A stretch of 32,000 bases of DNA from Candidatus Heimdallarchaeota archaeon (lineage in GTDB: Archaea; Asgardarchaeota; Heimdallarchaeia; Heimdallarchaeales; Kariarchaeaceae): assembly GCA_030149205.1 (NCBI GenBank), contig JASBSB010000006.1, forward strand, positions 420,001 to 452,000, given 5' to 3'. The notes under the pieces were generated by a model. That model did no database searches. It was given only the letters and a program-made list of their open reading frames with translations, and was not told where the DNA came from. Of this stretch, positions 17,502 through 25,369 are shown in pieces (position 1 is the stretch's first letter; every line of letters begins with the position of its first letter). Made by a program: the position numbers and the translations under genes.

Positions 17502-18521
17502 TTATTTTATAATCAAGGTAATATGCTTCTCTATGAGGTATTTTTTGGCTCGATCTGTTATTTGAGAATTTGAAATAGACAGTGATTTTAAACCTGAGAG
17601 AACTTCAAAGTCTTCTTGATCTAATTTTCTATCAAAGGGGTTATTTGACAATAACAGTACATGTAGATTACTTAATGATGAAAGCCTCTCCACTAACTGC
17701 TTTGTTTGAGAAATCTGATTTGACTCAAGAGAAAGTAATTCTAAGTTCGATAATAAACTGAAATCACTAGGGAGCTGCTGAAGGTAATTGTTGTTTAAAT
17801 GTACCATCAATAAATTTCTTAATTGACAAATACTTTGAGGTAATTCAAAAAGTCGATTATAAGAGATTGCTAAAGCCTTGAGTTTAATTAACTCTTTAAT
17901 TTTGGTCGGTAATATTGTAATATTGTTTCTGCTTAAAATTAATGTTTCCAGCGAGTGAAATTTGAACAGTTCAGGAGGAATTTCTTTTAACTTAAAATTC
18001 ATTAAATTCAAAAACTTTTGGTCACCATGAGCAAAATTCTCACCTAGAGGATATTTTCTGTTTCCTTTCTTTATTTTTACTGTGATTTCATCAGAATTGT
18101 GATGTTGAGTAGAAATGGGATCAATTACTATTAACTTTTTACCATTCAATGTTTTTGGGAGATGGAAATATTGAATCTGATCTACGATGATTTGCTTTAG
18201 CTTAGTAAGGTTGCTAAGGTCAGGGACAAACACAAATTTATTGTGATTAATTTTTAGTATCTCTAATTTTTTAAGTAGAAGAACATTTTCAGGGAAAGTT
18301 TCAAGATTGTTATGTGATAGGTCGATCTCAACCAAGTTTTTATAATACTGGATTTCGGGTGGGAGGGATTTAAGTTTGTTTCCCGATACCAAGAGAACCT
18401 TTAATTTTTCCAATAAGGTTGTTGAAAGAGAGAATTCAGTCAAGTTCTGATTTTCTAAATTTAGTTCTTCATTTGAAATTAAAATGATGTTTTCTTCTTC
18501 TATAAGTTTTATTGTCAACAA
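17502..18521 (-). CDS. Leucine-rich repeat protein (two LRR blocks separated by a linker)
   Basis: Repeated LxxLxLxxNxLxxLP units (e.g. LVEIDLSHNNLETFP, LETLILSRNNITILP, LKALAISYNRLFELP); TTG start. Confidence 0.9.
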   Translation of the reverse strand: MLTIKLIEEENIILISNEELNLENQNLTEFSLSTTLLEKLKVLLVSGNKLKSLPPEIQYYKNLVEIDLSHNNLETFPENVLLLKKLEILKINHNKFVFVPDLSNLTKLKQIIVDQIQYFHLPKTLNGKKLIVIDPISTQHHNSDEITVKIKKGNRKYPLGENFAHGDQKFLNLMNFKLKEIPPELFKFHSLETLILSRNNITILPTKIKELIKLKALAISYNRLFELPQSICQLRNLLMVHLNNNYLQQLPSDFSLLSNLELLSLESNQISQTKQLVERLSSLSNLHVLLLSNNPFDRKLDQEDFEVLSGLKSLSISNSQITDRAKKYLIEKHITLIIK

Positions 18522-18666
18522 TACCTATACTAAGAGTAGTTTTATAGATTTTAAGTCTTCTCATGAAAATACTACATTTGGGTAATATGGGGCTTCTAAC
18601 TCAACTATTCAATCAATCAAATAATTTAAAGATTATGCAAATATGTTTTTTATGCGTAAGCCGGGA

Positions 18667-18687
18667 AATTCGGAAATTTGAATTTCT
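18667..18687 (-). other. 21-nt tRNA intron at 59/60 (strict BHB)
   Basis: TTCG pairs with intron CGAA; bulges A-T-A and T-T-T; outer helix GAAAT/ATTTC around a TCAA loop. Confidence 0.92.
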
Positions 18688-18708
18688 ATCGAACCCGGAA
18701 CTAGAGCT

Positions 18709-18725
18709 TCCTTTGAAATAATTCT
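18709..18725 (-). other. 17-nt tRNA intron at 37/38 (BHB with one mismatch in the central helix)
   Basis: C32-T33-T34 pair with intron AAG, C35 faces A; outer helix GAA/TTC around a TTAT loop; bulges C-A-A and G-A-A. Confidence 0.85.
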
Positions 18726-18832
18726 TGGAAGGCTCCCATGATGGCCATTTCACCACTTACGCAAGAATGGCTAAATTAAGTCTAATGTTAACCTTTTTTA
18801 ATTTTTCATTAGCATTCAGGTAAAGATTAAAT

Positions 18833-20470
18833 TTATGTGAAAACACTGTTTGTTAATCTACCAGAAGCAGCTCCATAGGCTTTTTCACTCATATTTAACT
18901 TTTTAACAAATAATTCTTTTGTATTAGGTTGCAAAAAGATATCCCTCATCTGTATAGTTTGTTCAACGAGGTTAGTTAAGCCTTCAACCGCATTTTTAAT
19001 AACAAGATCATTTTCTAGAGCATCTGGTAACCAATCAAAAAAAGATGTAGCCTTAGGAGAAACCGGGAGATAGGAAATAGACTTATGCTTCCCAAAAATT
19101 CCAGACTTATCCAGTTTTTTTAGATTTGTTGGTAAGACAACAGGAGGGATCGTAATTGTGGCTAAATCATTTCCATTGTTATTTACGTATTGAAAGAGGT
19201 AAAACGGGATATAAAGGGTTAGAAAATCTCCAGGCGACCTAGTTTTAAGCTCTTCTGATGCAAGGGTTGGAGCACCTTCCATACTAATTTTCTTCTCCAA
19301 TTCTTTCTTCCACTTTAGTTTTTTATCTGAATATTCATCCAATTTTGTTTTTGAAGCCGTCACTTTTGATTCTAGATCTGCTAACTCAGTTTGACTTCTC
19401 GTCAAGCCTTGTTCATACTCCATTTTTATTGCTTCAATGTCTTGTTGAGCCTTTTTTTCAAGGTCTTGTTTTTCCATCAAAAAATCGGCATCCAAATCAG
19501 CAGAAGTATTTTGAGTTGAAGTTACATTGCGTCTTGCAGTGTGAAGATCATTAAAAAATACATCAGTTGCATCTTTGAGTTCCTCAATGAGTTTTTGTGC
19601 TTGGAGTATTGGATCATTCTTGGTATCCTTCTCTAAAGCTTCAAATGCACCTAAGAGTTTTACGATCTCTTTTCCATCTTTAACTATATTTCTTCCAACA
19701 ATCTTTTGAAAGGTTGCAAGGTTTGACTGTTTCTTTTTATCTAGATCTTTTTCGAGTACACTTATTGACTTTTCAAGGTCTGACTGTCTGCTTTTGATTT
19801 TGGAGGCCTCAGTAGCTTTTATGGTTTTTAATTCCTGTGTCCAAAAAGCCATTTTCTCTTTAAGAGTGCTCTCTTGATCTGAAACATTTTTTTGAAATGC
19901 CTCTTCAATAATTGCAAGCCTAGAGTCAATTTCTTTACCAAGGGTTGCTTGATCCAAAATTGTGGTGTTAATTGCCTTTATGTCTGCTTTTATCTCATTA
20001 AGTGGTCTTCGTGAGGGCAAGGGAGTAAATTCCCAATTACCTGAAACTCTTGGTGCTGCAAGGAGTGCATTTAATATTGTTAACTCCTCTCTACTCACTC
20101 CACCTTTTAACACCTCATAATCGACCTTAAGATTCATGATTTTCTTGTAAATCTGATTAAGCTCAAGGTTTTTTTGGTTATCTACAAATGTTCTTAGCTC
20201 TTGGTTGGAGACCAGATTTGTCGTTGGAATTCTAATTTCTCGGTTACTTGAAGGGTTAATAGCCAAATATCCACCTGATCTGGTTTGAGAAAGAAATATA
20301 GGAATTGAAGTTTTAGAGATCCGTGTAACTTTTTCGTATTTCTTAATTGATTTGTCTCCATAAAAATCAGTTGCTAGAATTAACATACCAACCGTCTCTG
20401 CAACCTGATCCTCCTGGTTTGAGAGTTGTGACTGATGAAATTTTACTTTGATGTCCTGTGAGTCTGCCAT
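18833..20470 (-). CDS. Long coiled-coil protein with globular N- and C-terminal domains
   Basis: 545 aa; residues ~155-400 are K/E/L/Q/D-rich with heptad character; no Walker motifs and no TM segment. Confidence 0.85.
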   Translation of the reverse strand: MADSQDIKVKFHQSQLSNQEDQVAETVGMLILATDFYGDKSIKKYEKVTRISKTSIPIFLSQTRSGGYLAINPSSNREIRIPTTNLVSNQELRTFVDNQKNLELNQIYKKIMNLKVDYEVLKGGVSREELTILNALLAAPRVSGNWEFTPLPSRRPLNEIKADIKAINTTILDQATLGKEIDSRLAIIEEAFQKNVSDQESTLKEKMAFWTQELKTIKATEASKIKSRQSDLEKSISVLEKDLDKKKQSNLATFQKIVGRNIVKDGKEIVKLLGAFEALEKDTKNDPILQAQKLIEELKDATDVFFNDLHTARRNVTSTQNTSADLDADFLMEKQDLEKKAQQDIEAIKMEYEQGLTRSQTELADLESKVTASKTKLDEYSDKKLKWKKELEKKISMEGAPTLASEELKTRSPGDFLTLYIPFYLFQYVNNNGNDLATITIPPVVLPTNLKKLDKSGIFGKHKSISYLPVSPKATSFFDWLPDALENDLVIKNAVEGLTNLVEQTIQMRDIFLQPNTKELFVKKLNMSEKAYGAASGRLTNSVFT

Positions 20471-20701
20471 AATAATATCAACTAAGTATAGATAAGTCTA
20501 TGAGTAAATCCATATAAGAATTACGGAGAGGCATTAATTCAATTCTTAATAGTAAATGCAAAGAAAGTATTCTATCAAATTACTTGTCTTTTTGTTCAAC
20601 AATTTTTTTAAGTCAACTTAACATTTTCATTTTTTCAACTTACTTAATTGACTTTTTCGAATTTAAAATTGATTAAGTTTTTATGCACATAAATCATTCG
20701 A

Positions 20702-21853
20702 ATGATAATGATCAATCAAATTAAACTACCTCATCCAATGAAGAGGTTTACCTCTCTTTCTGAAATTGAGGACAGTGAATTGATTGACAAATTCCCTGCA
20801 TTATTGAGAGAGCTTGAAAGTCTAAAGTTGCTTGTTGCAGAATTAAGGCTCTCAGGACAATCTAATAAACCAAGGAACAAAATCAACAAAAACTTAAGTG
20901 ATAAGATCTTTTATAACTTTGGAATTTCTCAAGGTCATATAATTGAACTTAATATCAATTTTGATTTTGATTATATCCCCGACCACCTTTGGAATCTTGA
21001 ACATCTTGAGAAATTAACCTTACAAGGAGTCTGTGGGAATTCTTGTGGAAATTTTGCACGGTTAAAAAATCTCAAAAGTCTTGGCGTATTCTTTACCAAC
21101 AAGGATAGGAACCACCGTAGAATTGTATTTCCCGAAAACTTACAGAATTTATTGATGGTAAATGTAGACGTCAGAGAAAATCCACCAGAATTTAAGAACC
21201 TGAATAGTTTATCCAAGATCATTTTCAGAAAAGTTATTGGAGTTGAGAATATATTAAACCTAGGTGAGCTAACAAACTTATCTCATTTAGACATAGGGGA
21301 AAACAACGTTGAAAACATACCTGAGTCAGTTTTCAATAGTTTTAAAAATTTAAAGGTTCTAAAAGCCGATACAAACAGCATTAAACATATCTCTGAAAAT
21401 ATAAAAAATCTAGAGAAATTGAGAGTTTTAGATTTGGATAACAATTTGTTCACTCATTTTCCAAGAGAAATTACCAAATTAAGTAACCTAAGAGAATTAT
21501 ACATTTCCAACAATGCCATTCAACATATTCCAAGAAGCATTGAAAGATTAAAACGACTGGAAATTTTAAATTTAGCAGACAACAAAATTAGAAGTTTACC
21601 TGATGAGTTTGTTGAATTGATAGGTCTAAAAAGGGTGTTTCTGCAAAATAATAAATTGGTTGAGCTTCCAGAGTTAGTTGGAAAGCTCACAAACCTTGAA
21701 CGTGCTTATTTCAACTCAAACACTATTACCCAAATTCCCAAATCACTGTTCAAAATTCCAAACCTAAAAATATTAAACATCTCATCTAACAGACTGGTTT
21801 ATTCAAGAGAAGAAGTTAAATCTTTCCCCAAGCATATTTATATCACTTTTTAA
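20702..21853 (+). CDS. Leucine-rich repeat protein
   Basis: C-terminal half is a regular 23-aa LRR array (LRVLDLDNNLFTHFPREITKLSNLRELYISNNAIQHIPRSIERLKRLEILNLADNKIRSLP...); N-terminal cap and degenerate repeats. Confidence 0.93.
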   Translation: MIMINQIKLPHPMKRFTSLSEIEDSELIDKFPALLRELESLKLLVAELRLSGQSNKPRNKINKNLSDKIFYNFGISQGHIIELNINFDFDYIPDHLWNLEHLEKLTLQGVCGNSCGNFARLKNLKSLGVFFTNKDRNHRRIVFPENLQNLLMVNVDVRENPPEFKNLNSLSKIIFRKVIGVENILNLGELTNLSHLDIGENNVENIPESVFNSFKNLKVLKADTNSIKHISENIKNLEKLRVLDLDNNLFTHFPREITKLSNLRELYISNNAIQHIPRSIERLKRLEILNLADNKIRSLPDEFVELIGLKRVFLQNNKLVELPELVGKLTNLERAYFNSNTITQIPKSLFKIPNLKILNISSNRLVYSREEVKSFPKHIYITF

Positions 21854-21924
21854 GTTCAGACCTTCAATTATTATGTTAACAAATAGAACAATTCTTAATA
21901 ATCGAAAAGATAGAGAACTAGAAG

Positions 21925-22920
21925 ATGGCTCAGACAAAACCTAAATTGGAACAAAAAACCAAAAATTTGAGCATTGAAAGAAACGAGGGAACTGTTCTCG
22001 ACCTGAACTGGATAAATTCCATTCGTGTAAATAAAAGTGCGGTTGAACGAAGGGCAAGCAGTCTTACTAAAAGGAGATCTGTCAAGAAAGATTGGCAGAT
22101 CGCATGGCTCTTGAAGGCAGTAACTTGTATAGATTTAACCACACTCTCAGGAGACGATACCGAGGGGAAGATCAAACGACTTTGTACTAAGGCCAAGGTA
22201 CCTATAAGAAAAGAAATTTTAGAAAAATTATCCATCAATTCTAAAAGTTTTCACACTGGAGCTGTTTGTGTGTATCCCGAGTTTATTTCAGAAGCATCAG
22301 AAGAGGTAAAGGGTGCTGGTATCCCAGTTGCAGCAGTTTCAACAGGTTTTCCAGCCGGACATATTCCTTTTGATCTGAAGTTAAAAGATATAGAATACTG
22401 TGTTGCAAATGGTGCTGACGAAATAGACATTGTGATAAACAGAAAGCTAGTTCTTCAGGGAAAATGGAAGGAGCTCTACGAAGAAGTTTCAGCATTTAGA
22501 ATTGCCTGTGGAGATGCTCACATGAAAACTATATTAGCAACTGGAGAGTTGGGGACGTTAAGAAATGTTGCTAAAGCCTCTGTTGTCTGTATGATGGCTG
22601 GAGCAGATTTTATCAAAACATCAACAGGAAAAGAAACAGAAAACGCAACATTACCTGTGAGCCTTGTGATGGTTAGAATGATTCGTGAATTTTACAAAAA
22701 AACGGGGTATAAGGTTGGTTTCAAACCTGCGGGAGGTATAAAAACTGCAAAACAAAGTATTCAATGGCTTATTCTCATAAAAGAGGAGCTGGGGGATGAA
22801 TGGTTAACTCCAAAATTGTTTAGGTTTGGAGCAAGTAGCCTTTTGGCTGACATTGAAAGACAGTTAGAATATCATGTTGAGGGATTCTATTCTGCTGCAA
22901 ACAGGAATCCGGTGAGTTAA
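21925..22920 (+). CDS. deoC: Deoxyribose-phosphate aldolase, long (DERA-like) form
   Basis: IDLTTLSGDDT, AVCVYP, EIDIVINR, HMKTILATGEL (Schiff-base Lys), DFIKTSTGKE, GFKPAGGI, FRFGASSLL; N-terminal extension LDLNWINSIRVN typical of the long form. Confidence 0.96.
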   Translation: MAQTKPKLEQKTKNLSIERNEGTVLDLNWINSIRVNKSAVERRASSLTKRRSVKKDWQIAWLLKAVTCIDLTTLSGDDTEGKIKRLCTKAKVPIRKEILEKLSINSKSFHTGAVCVYPEFISEASEEVKGAGIPVAAVSTGFPAGHIPFDLKLKDIEYCVANGADEIDIVINRKLVLQGKWKELYEEVSAFRIACGDAHMKTILATGELGTLRNVAKASVVCMMAGADFIKTSTGKETENATLPVSLVMVRMIREFYKKTGYKVGFKPAGGIKTAKQSIQWLILIKEELGDEWLTPKLFRFGASSLLADIERQLEYHVEGFYSAANRNPVS

Positions 22921-25299
22921 ATGGCAATACAAGAGATTATTGATAAAATGGATTATGGGGTTGCCCCAGAAAATGAAAAAGAGGCCCATAAGTGGTTAGA
23001 AAGTTTTGACAGAAAATTTAAACTGTACATTGATGGCAAGTGGATAGAACCAACAGATAAACAATATTTCGAAGTTTTTACTCCTCGTTCTGGAGAATTA
23101 CTCGCAAATGTGGCACAGGCAGGAGAAGATGACGTGGAAAAAGCTGTGCTAGCAGCTGAAAAAGGGTTGAAAGCTTGGAGAAAGTTCAGTTCACATGATA
23201 GAGCAAAGATGTTATATGCTATAGCCAGGCATATTCAAAAACATTCTAGATTACTAGCTGTTTTAGAGTCATTAGATAACGGTAAACCAATTAGAGAAAC
23301 AAGAGATATTGATATTCCCCTGGTTGCAAGGCATTTTTACTATCATGCGGGTTGGGCTCAACTGAAAGATAGAAGATTCAATGATTATGAGGAGATCGGA
23401 ATAATCGGACAAATTATTCCATGGAACTTCCCTACCCTGATGCTTTCCTGGAAGATAGCACCAGCACTAGCAATGGGTAATGTGGTAATATTAAAACCTG
23501 CTGAGTTTACTCCACTCACAGCATTGTTTTTCGCACAAATTTGTCAGGAGGTAGGATTACCTGACGGGGTTGTGAACATTCTAACCGGTGATGGAGAAAC
23601 TGGTGCCTTATTGGTGAATCATCCAAAAATAAAGAAAATAGCTTTCACTGGTTCAACAGAAGTCGGTAAAATCATTCGAAATGTTACTGCAGGAACAGGG
23701 AAAAAGCTTTCACTTGAGTTGGGAGGAAAATCTCCCTTTGTGGTTTTTGAAGATGCTGATTTAGATAGTGCTGTAGAAGGATTAATTGATGGTATTTGGT
23801 TTAACCAAGGACAGGTCTGCTGTGCGGGTTCAAGGTTACTGGTTCAAGAAAGTGTTGCAGAGAAATTTATTTCGAAAGTTAAAGAGAGAATCGAGAAATT
23901 GAGAATAGGAGACCCACTGGATAAGAGCACCGATATTGGAGCTATAGTTGATAAGATTCAACTTGAAAGAATACAGGAATACATCGAAATTGGAAAAAAT
24001 GAGGGAAAAATATTCCAACCTAACATTAAACTTCCAAAAGGTGGGTGGTACTGTCCACCGACATTATTCACAGAAGTTGGAACTAGTGCAGTTATTGCGC
24101 AAGAGGAGATTTTTGGACCTGTCCTTGTAAGCATGACTTTCCGAACTCCAAAAGAGGCTGTCTTATTGGCAAACAACACTCGATACGGTCTTGCTGCAAC
24201 AGTTTGGTCTGAGAACATTAATCTTGCATTGGATGTTGCATCTCAAATCTTAGCCGGGACAGTTTGGATAAATTCAACAAACCTTTTCGATGCAGCTTCA
24301 GGATTTGGAGGATACAGAGAATCAGGATATGGAAGAGAAGGGGGTATTGAAGGTTTAAAAGAATATCTAACTCCGAAGTGGAAAGGTAAGACAAAGTCTA
24401 GAGTTTATAAAGAAGACAACACACTCCCTCCAAAACCTAAGAAGTCCAAAGAAATACTAATAGATCGAACACCGAAATTATATATAGGAGGAAAACAAGT
24501 TAGACCCGATGGGGGATACAGTGTAACAATAAATGATATCTGGGGTGATTATTTCGGAGAGGTTGGGAAGGGGAACAGAAAAGACATCAGAAACGCTGTA
24601 GAAGCTGCTGAGAAGGGAATAAAATGGAAAAGGTTCACAGCACATGCACGGTCTCAAGTCTTGTATTTTATCGCTGAGAATTTACAGCAAAGAAAAAACC
24701 AATTTTTGGAAACGCTGCAAAGAATTTCTGGATATTCTGAGGAAGAGGCAGTAAAGGAATTTGAACTATCCATTGAAAGAATCTTCATTTACGCAGGTCT
24801 TGCAGACAAATTTGATGGACTCGTCCATACACCACCCTTTAGAAACGTTACACTAGCTATGAATGAACCTTTGGGAGTGATAGGAATTGTTTGTCCGGAG
24901 AAAAACCCACTTTTGGGATTCGTTTCAACTGTCTTCCCAGCCCTAGCAATGGGAAACAGAGCAGTGTGTATACCTAGTGAACAAAACCCCTTTGTTGTTA
25001 CAGATTTTTATCAGGTTCTAGAAACATCAGATCTACCTGAAGGATCTTTGAACATAGTCACTGGTTCAAAAGATGAGCTAGTTGATGTGTTAAGCAAACA
25101 TGCCGGAGTAGATGGAATTTGGAACCTTGGGAATCCTCAACTAAATGAACTTGTTGAAAAAAACTCCTCAACCAACATGAAAAGGGTATTCACAGATTAT
25201 ATTGAAAGAGATTGGTTCAATATGACTGAAGGTGAGTCATCTGAATTTCTTCAAGAAGCGACCCAAGTAAAAAACATCTGGGTCCCCTACGGAGAATAA
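22921..25299 (+). CDS. Aldehyde dehydrogenase family 16 (full ALDH plus truncated second ALDH-like domain)
   Basis: PWNFP, LKPAE, FTGST, LELGGKS (Glu), NQGQVCCAG (Cys), EEIFGP, SGYGREGG, then a second degenerate Rossmann-like half (LYIGGKQVRP...EPLGVIGIVCP...KNIWVPYGE) without a catalytic Cys motif. ATG directly follows the deoC TAA. Confidence 0.92.
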   Translation: MAIQEIIDKMDYGVAPENEKEAHKWLESFDRKFKLYIDGKWIEPTDKQYFEVFTPRSGELLANVAQAGEDDVEKAVLAAEKGLKAWRKFSSHDRAKMLYAIARHIQKHSRLLAVLESLDNGKPIRETRDIDIPLVARHFYYHAGWAQLKDRRFNDYEEIGIIGQIIPWNFPTLMLSWKIAPALAMGNVVILKPAEFTPLTALFFAQICQEVGLPDGVVNILTGDGETGALLVNHPKIKKIAFTGSTEVGKIIRNVTAGTGKKLSLELGGKSPFVVFEDADLDSAVEGLIDGIWFNQGQVCCAGSRLLVQESVAEKFISKVKERIEKLRIGDPLDKSTDIGAIVDKIQLERIQEYIEIGKNEGKIFQPNIKLPKGGWYCPPTLFTEVGTSAVIAQEEIFGPVLVSMTFRTPKEAVLLANNTRYGLAATVWSENINLALDVASQILAGTVWINSTNLFDAASGFGGYRESGYGREGGIEGLKEYLTPKWKGKTKSRVYKEDNTLPPKPKKSKEILIDRTPKLYIGGKQVRPDGGYSVTINDIWGDYFGEVGKGNRKDIRNAVEAAEKGIKWKRFTAHARSQVLYFIAENLQQRKNQFLETLQRISGYSEEEAVKEFELSIERIFIYAGLADKFDGLVHTPPFRNVTLAMNEPLGVIGIVCPEKNPLLGFVSTVFPALAMGNRAVCIPSEQNPFVVTDFYQVLETSDLPEGSLNIVTGSKDELVDVLSKHAGVDGIWNLGNPQLNELVEKNSSTNMKRVFTDYIERDWFNMTEGESSEFLQEATQVKNIWVPYGE

Positions 25300-25313
25300 T
25301 TTTTACTGTTTTT
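25300..25313 (+). terminator. Candidate oligo-T terminator of the deoC-ALDH16 operon
   Basis: TTTTTACTGTTTTT immediately after the stop codon; archaeal intrinsic terminators are T-tracts. Confidence 0.4.
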
Positions 25314-25369
25314 AAAGAGAAAAGTTATAGTTAAATAATACATAGTATTTTATTTACTAGGTGATAAAG

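Larger units (their letters stand above)
18653..18762 (-). tRNA. tRNA-Gly(TCC) with two introns (37/38 and 59/60)
   Basis: Minus strand: GCGTAAG TG GTGA AATGGCCA TCAT G GGAGC CTTCCA [AGAATTATTTCAAAGGA] A GCTCT AGTT CCGGG TTCGAT [AGAAATTCAAATTTCCGAATT] T CCCGG CTTACGC A. Removing both introns gives a 72-nt cloverleaf with anticodon TCC and discriminator A. Confidence 0.94.

Noticed and set aside
12961-18652. The 5.7-kb block (ABC pair, oxidase, LRR) between the two tRNA-Gly genes as an integrated island
   Set aside because: Both tRNAs are complete, different isoacceptors; their similar 3' ends (CCCGGCT...GCAT) are explained by paralogy; there is no duplicated att fragment, integrase or obvious compositional shift.
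18833-20470. SMC/Rad50 or ESCRT-III identity for the coiled-coil protein
   Set aside because: No Walker A/B, LSGG or CxxC hook; much longer than ESCRT-III and no recognisable Snf7 pattern.
17502-21853. Roco, NLR or TIR-type immune receptor architecture for the LRR proteins
   Set aside because: Neither protein has a P-loop, Roc/COR, TIR or kinase domain; they are LRR-only.
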